A stretch of DNA of 64,000 bases from a plasmid. The stretch's first letter is position 1; the number at the start of each line of letters is the position of its first letter. Shown piece after piece: positions 43,288-53,556 of this stretch. Made by a program: the position numbers and the translations under genes. The DNA lies in the sequence record NZ_CP070571.1. The stretch is one strand, 5' to 3'. The notes under the pieces are model-generated. The model was not told where the DNA came from. It saw only the letters and a program-made list of their open reading frames with translations, and ran no database searches.

Positions 43288-43374
43288 ATGTCATTGCTGG
43301 AAACTTTCCTGACCGCTTCTCAGGGGGCAACAATCCTGTTCCTTGCCATGCTGATCTACTGGCAAAAGCGATAA
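43288..43374 (+). CDS. candidate small hydrophobic peptide (28 aa), possible type I toxin-like ORF
   Basis: ATG preceded by GGAG. MSLLETFLTASQGATILFLAMLIYWQKR: one predicted TM helix with a basic C-terminus. Below the ORF-track size cut-off. Confidence 0.3.
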   Translation: MSLLETFLTASQGATILFLAMLIYWQKR

Positions 43375-43502
43375 ATCCAAGCGGGCTGGCCTTTGGCCAG
43401 CTTCGCTGTATAAGGGGAAAAATGCGGCATATCCAGACATTTCACTAGGCAATTTGAATTCAGATATCTATGCTTGGGATCCGGTCAACAGGAGGTAACA
43501 AG

Positions 43503-43760
43503 ATGAAACTTGAAACTATACAGATAGATAATACCGTAAGGAGTGGTCTTAATTCTTTCACTGACGGGGTGATTATTCGTGATACAAAGGTATTGATCAC
43601 GCTCAATCTCCCGGATGGACAGAAAACCACTATTGAGGGGGAATGGCGGCATATGTCGGACGCCAACAGGTTGTCAGAACGTATTACGATGCTTCAGCAT
43701 GCGATCTATGAGCAGTATGAGGAATACAGAGCAGATATTCCCGTCAGCTGGTCCAGATAA
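43503..43760 (+). CDS. hypothetical protein (85 aa from MKLETIQ)
   Basis: RBS AGGAGG 8 nt upstream of the ATG at 43503. No recognisable motif. Confidence 0.5.
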   Translation: MKLETIQIDNTVRSGLNSFTDGVIIRDTKVLITLNLPDGQKTTIEGEWRHMSDANRLSERITMLQHAIYEQYEEYRADIPVSWSR

Positions 43761-43817
43761 CGTCTGACAGACCTCCCCGGCGAGCAGGACGTTCGCCAGC
43801 ATCATTCTCCTAAGTAC

Positions 43818-44594
43818 TTAAATATTCCCTTTCAGCATGGCTACCGCATCCGCTTCGGGCATCTGAAACTGAACTCGATGCCGCGCAGCAACATCAAGTG
43901 CGAACACCTTCGTATAGACTTCCGTCGAGCTAATCGATTTGTGGCCCATCAGGCTCTGCAAAACCTTCAGTGGTATGCCGGCATACAGCATATGCATCGC
44001 GTAGGAGTGGCGGAACGTATGCGGGGTGACCGGCACCGAGAATGTCACCCCGTCGACGGCGGCCGCTTCAACCGCTTCGCCAATCCAGGTCCGTACTGTC
44101 CGGTCGGTGATGTCCCAGATGCGGGCTTTCTCTGTTCTGCCGGTACGCTTGTTGCGTCTTTCCAGCGGAATTTTCAGGGTGGCCACCATCATCTGCAGCT
44201 GGCTGACGTAGTGGTGATCGGAAAGCGGAACCAGACGATGAGCCTGGCTACCGGCGGGAGCTCGGCCGGCTGTCCTGGCCGCTTTTTCGGTGCGCTGCTT
44301 AAGCGTGGCCAGCTGCACGAACGGATACGGTGGCACCAGCGAAAAATCCCCCCGGGTCAGCGCCAGCGCCTCGTTGATACGTGCGCCGGTGTTCCAGAGG
44401 GTTGCCAGCAGCATCTTGCGGTGCAAATCGGGCACATAATGGAGCAGGGCGCTGACTTCCGGTGCCAGCAGGTATTTCGGTAGTTCATCTTGAACGAGCG
44501 CCATCTGGCGCAGGGCCAGCGCGGCGGGATAGTCAATGGCCACCGGCATTTGCGCCGGCTGCTGCGGGTGAGAATATGATAAGAGGCCGCTCAT
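43818..44594 (-). CDS. tyrosine site-specific recombinase (XerC/ResD-like plasmid resolvase), 258 aa
   Basis: R...H..R...Y active-site pattern (TPHTFRHSYAMHMLYAGIPLKVLQSLMGHKSISSTEVYTKV). Confidence 0.8.
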   Translation of the reverse strand: MSGLLSYSHPQQPAQMPVAIDYPAALALRQMALVQDELPKYLLAPEVSALLHYVPDLHRKMLLATLWNTGARINEALALTRGDFSLVPPYPFVQLATLKQRTEKAARTAGRAPAGSQAHRLVPLSDHHYVSQLQMMVATLKIPLERRNKRTGRTEKARIWDITDRTVRTWIGEAVEAAAVDGVTFSVPVTPHTFRHSYAMHMLYAGIPLKVLQSLMGHKSISSTEVYTKVFALDVAARHRVQFQMPEADAVAMLKGNI

Positions 44595-45334
44595 TGGTTT
44601 GACATTCCATCAGGTATCACTAATTGATTCCACTCCCTGTTGCGGGTAGCTTCAGCAGCGCGCAGGGCTCTTTCGCGCCTCCAGACTTTACGAAACACGG
44701 AAACTGCAGACCATTCATCATGACCTGTAAGACGTGTTTCGGGCATCCCGGTTGCCTTGCGCAGACGGACGGCAAGAATGACAGCGTTGATGCCCAAGCG
44801 CGTGAACTGATACTGCCGTTCCCTGAAATAGTCCTTATGCCAAGGAGGGTCGGAGTATTCGGCGGCATATGCAATTGCCCTGTGGGCCTCATCCTGGAGC
44901 ACCGGCAGTTCACGGATGCGATACATAAGACGTGGCTCTAAAGTCCGCCAGTCACCGGAGACATCGATCAGATTCAGTTCAGGGTAATTCGTGACAGCTT
45001 TTCTCTCAGGCTGGGGGGCATCATCATCCTGGCCGTCATCCGTCACAACCCGGAAACAACCCTCAGCATACCGTTCAAGCATGAATACCAACTCGGTGGC
45101 AATGTAATGCAGTTCCTTTTTCATTTTATCTTCTGACGCCTGTCTCTCACGCTTAAGCGTGAAATAATGTGTCAGCCAGATGCCAGTGAGTGTTATACCC
45201 CCAGTAAGCAGGCCAGTGATAAGCCCGGTTGCCACGTTTCCCCAGATCCCCGCCCCTTGATTAATCAGCTGTACGGAAACCGGATGGGATGTCGCAGCAA
45301 CTATACTCTCAGTTGCGGCCTGTATATCAGTCAT
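44591..45334 (-). CDS. hypothetical single-pass membrane protein (247 aa)
   Basis: N-terminal hydrophobic helix (GIWGNVATGLITGLLTGGITLTGIWLTHYF) followed by a ~190-aa charged domain. Its stop overlaps the recombinase start by 4 nt. Confidence 0.55.
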   Translation of the reverse strand: MTDIQAATESIVAATSHPVSVQLINQGAGIWGNVATGLITGLLTGGITLTGIWLTHYFTLKRERQASEDKMKKELHYIATELVFMLERYAEGCFRVVTDDGQDDDAPQPERKAVTNYPELNLIDVSGDWRTLEPRLMYRIRELPVLQDEAHRAIAYAAEYSDPPWHKDYFRERQYQFTRLGINAVILAVRLRKATGMPETRLTGHDEWSAVSVFRKVWRRERALRAAEATRNREWNQLVIPDGMSNQ

Positions 45335-45384
45335 TGATCATTTACCCCTTTATATTCCTGAGAAATCCCGCCCTCTGTCCGTAG

Positions 45385-45735
45385 TCAGCGGCCGGCAGCC
45401 AGCTCTTCAGCCAGTTTCACAAACCTTTTGTGCTCAGTCTGCAGGTAATGGCTGTAAATCCGGGCATCACGTTCTGTCAGTCCGGATGGATTGCCGGTGA
45501 AGTAACGTTGCAGCACCGCAATACAGTGATTGTAGGTATCGAGATCATATTCCCAGTTTCCCAGCTCACCGGCCGCATCCAGTTCCTGGCGAAACTGCTC
45601 GTATTTACGGAGCAGAATGCCAAGACCTAATTCTGTTGCAGCATAAAGATTATTTTCTCCTGGCGCGGAAATCGCATTACGGATTTTTTCAAAAGCATAA
45701 CTGAAATCATTTCTCTCATTGAATGCAGTAAACAT
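45385..45735 (-). CDS. hypothetical cytoplasmic protein (116 aa)
   Basis: Clean ORF upstream of, and co-oriented with, the membrane protein and recombinase. No recognisable motif. Confidence 0.5.
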   Translation of the reverse strand: MFTAFNERNDFSYAFEKIRNAISAPGENNLYAATELGLGILLRKYEQFRQELDAAGELGNWEYDLDTYNHCIAVLQRYFTGNPSGLTERDARIYSHYLQTEHKRFVKLAEELAAGR

Positions 45736-46308
45736 GTCCTTTCCTCAGTTGAATAGTTAGCCGTGCAATTTTACCACACCTCAATCATCGTCAGATGAGT
45801 GCCACTCTGTCGCGACAGTGACTTTCACGAGAGTGATTTTCACATACTAAAATAATAAGCAGCCATATAACAACGTAATTAAATTACCTGACGGCCGCTC
45901 TGGCCGGATCCGACTTTTATGTTATTCCACAGTTTCCGGAAGTGTACCACGCACACGGAATAACCACAGCGCCCTTTCAGGGTGGTGAGCGGCCGGTCAC
46001 GGGGCAGGGGAGGGGCACAACATATATGGTCACTGACAGCTGGAAACACCGCTACATCTTGTGTTTCCGGGCCGCTGCGCGCCGGCGGGGCTGAATCAGA
46101 TCCGGAACTGCCTTTTTTCGGATCTGAGCGGGAAAAGTGAGAAACCAACATAGGTGTAACATATCCATATGCCGGGCATCTGCATAGGCAAAGCATACGC
46201 ATATACCTACCATCTGCATATGTAACACCTATACAAGCCGGGCTTGCAGGCATATACTTCACCTATGCGGGAATACTCCCTGGCACACTCAGCATATGAG
46301 GAAAAACC

Positions 46309-46539
46309 ATGCGCACAGTTTCGATATTTAAAAACGGCAATAACCGCGCCATCCGTCTGCCCCGGGACCTGGATTTTGATGGCGTCAGCGAGCTGGAGAT
46401 CGTCCGGGAAGGGGACAGCATCATTCTGCGTCCCGTCCGGCCGACCTGGGGCTCGTTCGCGCAGCTGGACAGGGCCGATCCGGACTTTATGGCGGAGCGT
46501 GAGGATGTGGTCAGCGATGAAGGACGCTTTGAGCCATGA
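46309..46539 (+). CDS. vapB: VapB antitoxin (AbrB/MazE-fold), 76 aa
   Basis: MRTVSIFKNGNNRAIRLPRDLDFDGVSELEIVREGDSIILRPV... SpoVT/AbrB swapped-hairpin motif. Overlaps vapC by 4 nt. Confidence 0.85.
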   Translation: MRTVSIFKNGNNRAIRLPRDLDFDGVSELEIVREGDSIILRPVRPTWGSFAQLDRADPDFMAEREDVVSDEGRFEP

Positions 46540-46952
46540 AGAAAACCTGGATGCTCGACACCAACATCTGCTCGTTCATCATGCGCGAGCAGCCGGCAGC
46601 GGTGCTGAAGCGCCTGGAGCAGGCGGTGCTGCGCGGTGATCGCATTGTGGTCTCGGCCGTGACGTATGCCGAGATGCGCTTCGGCGCCACCGGCCCGAAG
46701 GCCTCGCCGCGCCATATTCAGCTGGTCGACGCGTTCTGCGCGCGCCTCGATGCCGTCCTGCCCTGGGACCGCGCCGCGGTGGACGCCACGACGGACATCC
46801 GGGTGGCGCTGCGCCTAGCCGGGACGCCGATCGGCCCGAATGACACGGCCATTGCCGGGCACGCCATCGCGGCGGGCGCCATCCTGGTGACGAACAATGT
46901 GAGAGAGTTTGCGCGGGTCCCGGGCCTGGTGCTGGAAGACTGGGTGAAATAA
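46536..46952 (+). CDS. vapC: VapC PIN-domain toxin, 138 aa
   Basis: MLDTNICSF...VTNNVREF. Conserved acidic residues of the PIN domain. Confidence 0.85.
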   Translation: MKKTWMLDTNICSFIMREQPAAVLKRLEQAVLRGDRIVVSAVTYAEMRFGATGPKASPRHIQLVDAFCARLDAVLPWDRAAVDATTDIRVALRLAGTPIGPNDTAIAGHAIAAGAILVTNNVREFARVPGLVLEDWVK

Positions 46953-46983
46953 TCCCGTAATAATTTCCGTGACGGAGACGACA

Positions 46984-47047
46984 GACATGAATGGGCTTTG
47001 TTGAATAAATCGAACTTTTGCTGAGTTGAAGGATCAGATCACGCATC
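46984..47047 (+). mobile_element. 64-bp orphan IS903 end (IRL plus first codons of tnp)
   Basis: GGCTTTGTTGAATAAATCGAACTTTTGCTGAGTTGAAGGATCAGATCACGCATCCTCCCGAC matches the IS903 left end, then diverges. Confidence 0.75.
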
Positions 47048-47155
47048 CTCCCGACTGGATTTGCCCCTATATTTCCAGACACCTGTTATCACTTAATGGA
47101 GTGACCCCGAGCCCGTAGACAAATCTGCCCTATAGTTTGAGCATAGGAGGAGTCT

Positions 47156-47440
47156 ATGGGCACATCACGTTTTACCCCTGAATTTAAGGAAGAGGCCGTC
47201 CGCCAGATCACCGAGCGGGGCTATTCTATTGCTGAAGTATCTGAACGGCTCGGCGTGTCGGCGCACAGCCTATATAAATGGCTCCGGGCTGTTAAGCCTG
47301 ACAACAGTGGACAGCAGGCACAGGATTTACTGGATGCCAGAACAGAAATTCTCAGGCTGAAAGCACAGCTTAAACGCACTGAGGAAGAGCGGGATATTCT
47401 GAAAAAGGCAGCGCGGTACTTTGCAAGGGAGCCCGACTGA
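47156..47440 (+). CDS. IS3-family transposase OrfA (HTH), 94 aa
   Basis: MGTSRFTPEFKEEAVRQITERGYSIAEVSERLGVSAHSLYKWLR... leucine-zipper region. Followed by an overlapping -1 frame orfB. Confidence 0.8.
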   Translation: MGTSRFTPEFKEEAVRQITERGYSIAEVSERLGVSAHSLYKWLRAVKPDNSGQQAQDLLDARTEILRLKAQLKRTEEERDILKKAARYFAREPD

Positions 47441-48012
47441 AGTATCGCTTTATCAACGATCACCGTGAAATCTGGTCGATCGTTACAATGTGTCGGGTCC
47501 TTAAGGTTGCCCGTGCCGGATTTTATGTCTGGCTCCATAACCCTGTATCTGCCGGAGAAAAGGATAACCAGCGACTGCTGGAACTCATCCGCGACTCCTA
47601 TACGCTGAGTGGTGGAGTTTACGGTTATCGCAGGGTTCATGGCGATCTTCGCGAAATTGGCGAAGTGTGCAGCAGAAACCGGGTTGCCAAAATCATGAGG
47701 AAAAACAGGATTCAGGCTATACATGGTTATAAAGTGCCACGCGGGAGCCGGGGACGACCGTCACTGATAGCGCCTAATCACGTGCGGCGTGAATTTACTG
47801 TAGTGAAGCCCAATCAGGTGTGGGTCACCGACATCACCTACATCCGCACCTGGCAGGGCTGGCTGTACCTGGCAGTGGTTATCGATCTTTTTGCCCGTAA
47901 TGTGGTGGGCTGGTCGATGAAGCCGACACTGTCGCGCGAGCTGGCACTGGATGCGCTGCTGATGGCGGTCTGGCGACGTAAACCTGAAGAAAACGTCATT
48001 GTGCACAGCGAT
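47437..48012 (+). pseudogene. IS3-family OrfB (DDE integrase), 3'-truncated after the HSD motif
   Basis: ...VWVTDITYIRTWQGWLYLAVVIDLFARNVVGWSM...ENVIVHSD, then unrelated sequence. Lacks the downstream DDE 'E' region. Confidence 0.75.
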
Positions 48013-48293
48013 AGTAATAATGCCGATGTCAGTCTTTACCACCACTTAGTTTGCCGTTTAACCAGATTGGTGTGATTACTGATGCAGTGAAGACCTTCCC
48101 GCATCCTGACTCACACAGCGATCGACCTTTTGTGTCCTGCCCTGGACCCGTCGGTTGCCGGAAGCGCCTTCATGCGAGGCATCTCCTCACCGATGCGCGT
48201 GACTCAAGAAGGGCCTGACGGCTTGTCTCGTTACTGTCCTGTCCGGGTTATCTGTCTGGAGATTCAACTCTGTTTCCTCACAGGAGCTCTGTC

Positions 48294-49370
48294 ATGGTTG
48301 ATAAAGTTACCGAAGCTGCCGTTGTGGGTGGCGTGGATACACATAAAGATTTGCACGTTGCCGCTGTCGTAGATCAGAACAATAAAGTCCTTGGGACTCA
48401 GTATTTCTCCACAACACGACAAGGTTACCGGCAGATGCTGGCATGGATGACCTCGTTTGGGACATTAAAGCGAATTGGTGTTGAGTGCACAGGTACCTAT
48501 GGTTCCGGTTTGCTTCGTTATTTTCAGAACGCCGGGTTAGAAGTTCTTGAGGTGACTGCTCCAGACCGGATGGAGCGACGCAAACGGGGTAAAAGTGACA
48601 CAATTGATGCTGAATGTGCCGCTCATGCAGCATTCTCAGGCATCAGGACAGTTACTCCCAAAACGCGTGATGGCATGATTGAGTCCCTGCGGGTATTAAA
48701 AACTTGCCGAAAAACAGCAATATCAGCCCGCAGAGTCGCTCTCCAGATTATCCATTCAAATATTATCTCTGCCCCGGATGAATTACGTGAACAGCTCAGA
48801 AATATGACGCGCATGCAGCTCATCAGGACCCTGGGTTCCTGGAGACCTGATGCCAGTGAATACCGCAATGTAACCAACGTTTATCGCATTTCATTAAAGT
48901 CCCTTGCCCGACGCTATCTCGAGTTACATGACGAAATCGCTGATCTGGATGTCATGATTGCGGCAATTGTCGACGAGTTGGCACCTGAGCTGATTAAACG
49001 TAATGCTATCGGATACGAAAGCGCTTCACAGTTGCTGATCACTGCCGGAGACAATCCTCAACGGTTAAGATCAGAATCAGGATTTGCGGCACTGTGTGGT
49101 GTCAGCCCGGTCCCCGTTTCTTCTGGAAAAACGAACCGTTACCGACTTAATCGTGGTGGAGATCGTGCTGCAAATAGTGCACTTCACATCATCGCCATCG
49201 GACGCTTACGAACTGACGCAAAAACAAAGGAATATGTCGCCAGGCGTGTAGCCGAAGGACATACAAAAATGGAAGCGATACGCTGTCTAAAGCGATATAT
49301 CTCCCGCGAAGTTTACACGTTACTGCGCAATCAAAACAGGCGGATCAACAGTATCCCGATAACAGCTTGA
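48294..49370 (+). CDS. IS110-family transposase (358 aa), distinct from the IS5075 copy
   Basis: N-terminal DEDD RuvC-like domain ([17 protein letters not shown]) and C-terminal HhH, typical of the IS110/IS1111 group. Element ends not defined (roughly 48013-49380). Confidence 0.8.
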   Translation: MVDKVTEAAVVGGVDTHKDLHVAAVVDQNNKVLGTQYFSTTRQGYRQMLAWMTSFGTLKRIGVECTGTYGSGLLRYFQNAGLEVLEVTAPDRMERRKRGKSDTIDAECAAHAAFSGIRTVTPKTRDGMIESLRVLKTCRKTAISARRVALQIIHSNIISAPDELREQLRNMTRMQLIRTLGSWRPDASEYRNVTNVYRISLKSLARRYLELHDEIADLDVMIAAIVDELAPELIKRNAIGYESASQLLITAGDNPQRLRSESGFAALCGVSPVPVSSGKTNRYRLNRGGDRAANSALHIIAIGRLRTDAKTKEYVARRVAEGHTKMEAIRCLKRYISREVYTLLRNQNRRINSIPITA

Positions 49371-49380
49371 CTCTTAGAAG

Positions 49381-49500
49381 GGCGTCAGTTGCTGTCAGCA
49401 GCGTCAGTCCACTGGCGCGGTAGCTCTGATTTTCCGGTTTACGATCCCTGATTTCACCCAGACGGTGCAGGAATACCGCGCGCGCTAGAGAGAGCTCCCA
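49381..49500 (-). pseudogene. short fragment resembling a Tn3-family TnpA C-terminal segment
   Basis: Reverse translation ...[36 protein letters not shown] resembles the conserved ...[32 protein letters not shown] block of Tn21-type TnpA. Confidence 0.4.
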
Positions 49501-50010
49501 TCGCTGCGCGACGGGCCCCAACCGGAGAACCAAGTTAGTTACAGCATTCAAATGAAAATTCATCATAAAACCGGCGCCGGTTTGCCAGCCAGGAGCCCCT
49601 CCCCACCACTGAAAAGCGCCGCCGCCCCCGGCCGAAGGCCGGGAGTAGTGTCGCTTTTAATGATGGGTGTTGTAACTACTCTTCGTCATCTCTGTGAGTA
49701 GTGTCGCGGTAAGTTCTGGGATACACGCTCGTAAGCGGCCCTAACGGCCCGCTAACGCGGAGATACGCCCCGACTGCGGCTGTCGCCTTGCCGGGACCAC
49801 TCCGACCGCGTACAGAGGCATCTGAGCCGTTTTTAGCGGGTATAGCTTTGCAGGGAAGGGGGTGGGTGAGGCAGAACCTGTCAAAACAGCAGCCGGCTGC
49901 GCCGGGCGACGGCGCCATTTACCCGCAGTACTCCATTCAACTTCAGCTGGCGCCTCCATGCCGCTGACGCGGCATTATCTATACTTTAAGTCTGGCCACT
50001 GGAGGTAACC

Positions 50011-50095
50011 ATGTGCGGACGTTTTTCTCAGTCTATGACGCGGGAAGAGTATCTTTCTCTCCTCGCCAATGAAGCCGATCGAAATATTGCCTACG
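50011..50095 (+). pseudogene. 5' fragment (28 codons) of an SRAP/YedK-family gene, cut by an IS903B fragment
   Basis: MCGRFSQSMTREEYLSLLANEADRNIAY is the SRAP N-terminal catalytic Cys2 motif, then the IS903B end. Confidence 0.6.
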
Positions 50096-50223
50096 GGCTT
50101 TGTTGAATAAATCAGATTTCGGGTAAGTCTCCCCCGTAGCGGGTTGTGTTTTCAGGCAATACGCACGCTTTCAGGCATACCTGCTTTCGTCATTTTGTTC
50201 AGCGCTCGTACCAGGGCCATAGC
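50096..50223 (+). mobile_element. 128-bp IS903B end fragment
   Basis: Identical to 31563-31690 (GGCTTTGTTGAATAAATCAGATTTCGGGTAAGTCTCCCCCGTAGCGGG...CCAGGGCCATAGC). Confidence 0.85.
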
Positions 50224-50782
50224 GGGGTCGTTTGCGGGAGGGGGCGGAATCCTACGCTAAGGCTTTGGCCAGCGATATTCTCCGGTGAGATTGATGTGTT
50301 CCCATCCGAGCGGCGAAACATGGGCCAAGAGATCGGGCGATAGCAGCTTTCCATCGCGTTTCTGGTTTGCAACGACCTCGCCGAGCTTCATGGTGTTCCA
50401 GAAGATGATGATGGCGGCGAGCAGATTCATGCCGGCGATGCGGTAATGCTGGCCTTCGGCGGAACGGTCGCGGATTTCACCGCGGCGGTGGAAGCTGATT
50501 GCCCGCTTCAGCGCATGATGAGCTTCGCCTTTGTTGAGCCCGATCTGGGCACGCCGTTGGAGTTCGGCATCCAGAATCCAGTCGATCATGAACAGGGTGC
50601 GCTCGACGCGACCGACTTCCCGCAGGGCTGTCGCGAGCTCGTTCTGCCGCGGATAGGAGGCGAGTTTCCGCAGAATCTGGCTTGGCGCGACGGTCCCGGC
50701 AGCAATGGTGGCGGCGATGCGCAGGATGTCGGGCCAATTGCGCTCGATCATGGCTTGGTTGACCTTTCCGCCGATCAACGCT
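50224..50782 (-). pseudogene. tnpA: 3' end of a Tn3-family tnpA (Tn5393-like) with its terminal IR, truncated by IS26
   Basis: IR GGGGTCGTTTGCGGGAGGGGGCGGAATCCTACGCTAAGG at 50224. Reverse ORF encodes a TnpA C-terminus (...LNKGEAHHALKRAISFHRRGEIRDRSAEGQHYRIAGMNLLAAIIIFWNT...[14 protein letters not shown]). Confidence 0.7.
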
Positions 50783-51775
<993 letters not shown>

Positions 51776-51884
51776 CTGTCAGACCAAGTTTACTCATATA
51801 TACTTTAGATTGATTTAAAACTTCATTTTTAATTTAAAAGGATCTAGGTGAAGATCCTTTTTGATAATCTCATGACCAAAATCC

Positions 51885-51922
51885 CTTAACGTGAGTTTTC
51901 GTTCCACTGAGCGTCAGACCCC
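51885..51922. repeat. Tn3/Tn1331 38-bp right terminal IR
   Basis: Reverse complement is GGGGTCTGACGCTCAGTGGAACGAAAACTCACGTTAAG. Confidence 0.9.
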
Positions 51923-52080
51923 CTTACCAGATGAAATCCTCTCCGGTTCCGGTGACACCCCGCAAGCTGAAAGCTGAAATGGAGGCTATCGCCAGAACAG
52001 CCCGATAATCAATCACCCGCGCCGTTGGCGCGGGTATCCCTCATAGCGGCGGCAACCGCTTTTTGCGAAGGAGCAACGCG

Positions 52081-52338
52081 ATGTGTATTGATCACGTCCT
52101 CACCTTTCCCGTTCCCCTGGAAGATGCCAGCTTGCTGGCAGACTACTGCGGGTTTGAAGTGTATCCCACCTACAGCACGAACCGGGCCGATGAAACGCCC
52201 CGTTTTTCCGTGGTGGCACTTCATCGCCACAAAGCCAGGCTGGAAACGTTAGCCGTGGCCGACACGGAGAAAAGCGCCCATGCTTTCCGCGATATGGCCG
52301 AGATTACCGCCGCTTACTACTTACATTTTCGGCGGTAA
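52081..52338 (+). CDS. hypothetical protein (85 aa from MCIDHV)
   Basis: RBS GAAGGAG then ATG at 52081. No motif recognised. Confidence 0.45.
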   Translation: MCIDHVLTFPVPLEDASLLADYCGFEVYPTYSTNRADETPRFSVVALHRHKARLETLAVADTEKSAHAFRDMAEITAAYYLHFRR

Positions 52339-52342
52339 TACG

Positions 52343-52531
52343 ATGAACGATTATCTATCCCTCATGGAACAGGCACGACAGGCAGAGGATTTGCGCGACT
52401 GGAAAACCGCCGCGCAGCTCTACACTCAGGCAATGGCCGTTAGTCCAAAAGCCAGAACGATGCGCCAGCGCCGCGAAAGGCTGAACCTACAGCAGCGTAT
52501 CGACTTTTGCGAGCGTAACGCGAGAACGTAA
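52343..52531 (+). CDS. hypothetical protein (62 aa from MNDYLSL)
   Basis: Short ORF directly followed by a strong terminator. Confidence 0.4.
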   Translation: MNDYLSLMEQARQAEDLRDWKTAAQLYTQAMAVSPKARTMRQRRERLNLQQRIDFCERNART

Positions 52532-52537
52532 AAACTA

Positions 52538-52569
52538 AAAAAAACCGCCTCATACGGCGGTTTTTTTTC
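52538..52569. terminator. bidirectional rho-independent terminator
   Basis: AAAAAAAACCGCCTCATACGGCGGTTTTTTTT is a GC stem flanked by an A-run and a T-run, between convergent genes. Confidence 0.8.
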
Positions 52570-52572
52570 TGG

Positions 52573-53376
52573 TTAGGTTGGCTGGTATTCTGCCTTTCCG
52601 CAGTGTTCGCCACCACAGTACAGGATCAGGCCCGGCTTTCCCCACACGTTCGTATGGCATTTCGGGCAGGTGTATTTTGTCCGGTTTGATTTATTCACCG
52701 GCGTATCTGGCGGCGGGTTTACCAGCGAAAGGGCTTGTGTGATCTCATCGTCCAGCTCGCCATCGTCGCCGTATCCCTCGTCCTCATAATCTTCGTCATC
52801 AACATACCCTTTACCGTCTGCGCCGGTTGGCGTTGGTGGCGTTGGTTTGTGTGGCGGGAACCGATCCAGCCAGCTTAGTTTAAACTCCGTGGTAAGCAGC
52901 TCCTTGCAGGCGGTATCAAACGCGCCGCCGTCCTCGATGTAATGACTCATGGACTCACCGACGCGCTTACCTCCTGGCTGGCCGGTGTCGGATGGTATCA
53001 GGCCGATGCGCTCCATCAACGCCGCCCATTCTTTATTGTGGTATCCACGGCGGCCCGGTTTGCCGGTGTGTTGCTGCAACTGGTGAACCATTTCATGCAC
53101 AAGTGTGGAAAGCGTGTCGCGTATCGTGCGGATCGAGAAATAGACCGGATTCATGGCGATTTCATCAACGATTTGTCCGGTTGAGCGACCAACAAAGCGA
53201 CCATTCGAGAAATAGCCATACGTTCTTTTTTCGCGCTGAAGGGTGATAAGGCAAGGCGGCAGCGCACTTTCAAACAGGCGTTGATTGAAAAATTCGTAGG
53301 CGCGTTGAAGCTCGTCGTAAGTTTCCTGGGTAGGGATGATCATAGCGGCCTCACAATGGGTTTCTGGATTGCACAA
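52573..53376 (-). CDS. SprT-like zinc metalloprotease domain protein with acidic linker and C-terminal Cys4 zinc ribbon (267 aa); resembles IncN mpr
   Basis: HEMVHQ (HExxH) within a SprT/DUF45-like core (YHNKEWAALMERIGL), an acidic tract DDEDYEDEGYGDDGELDDE, and CPKCH...CGGEHC. Confidence 0.65.
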   Translation of the reverse strand: MCNPETHCEAAMIIPTQETYDELQRAYEFFNQRLFESALPPCLITLQREKRTYGYFSNGRFVGRSTGQIVDEIAMNPVYFSIRTIRDTLSTLVHEMVHQLQQHTGKPGRRGYHNKEWAALMERIGLIPSDTGQPGGKRVGESMSHYIEDGGAFDTACKELLTTEFKLSWLDRFPPHKPTPPTPTGADGKGYVDDEDYEDEGYGDDGELDDEITQALSLVNPPPDTPVNKSNRTKYTCPKCHTNVWGKPGLILYCGGEHCGKAEYQPT

Positions 53377-53407
53377 ACCATTTTATTGATTATGGATTGT
53401 GCAATCC
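53366..53407. promoter_or_regulatory. two copies of a 14-bp palindrome (GGATTGCACAAACC, GGATTGTGCAATCC) at the mpr-like start / promoter: putative operator
   Basis: The first copy overlaps the start codon and RBS of the minus-strand gene; the second lies 18 bp upstream. The identical motif occurs three times inside the stbA-like CDS at 54789-54883. Confidence 0.55.
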
Positions 53408-53512
53408 ACTTTTATTTTTGGGCGTTCCCTGCGGGCGGGCTTTCGTGCTGCGCATCGAGCCAGGCAAGCTGTCTCGCCCCTTCGGGCTTCAATCCCTAAC
53501 GCAATCGAGGCC

Positions 53513-53545
53513 AAAAAAAACGGCCCGGATAGGGCCGCTTCAGGT
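53513..53545 (-). terminator. rho-independent terminator after the stbC-like gene
   Basis: Minus strand reads CTGAAGCGGCCCTATCCGGGCCGTTTTTTTT. Confidence 0.7.
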
Positions 53546-53556
53546 CAGGCTTTTTG

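Noticed and set aside
45879-46262. 127-aa minus-strand ORF (MKYMPASPACIGVTYADGRYMRMLCLCRC...)
   Set aside because: It has a Cys/Arg-rich low-complexity product, overlaps the inverted-repeat/promoter region upstream of vapBC, and has no RBS. Likely non-coding.
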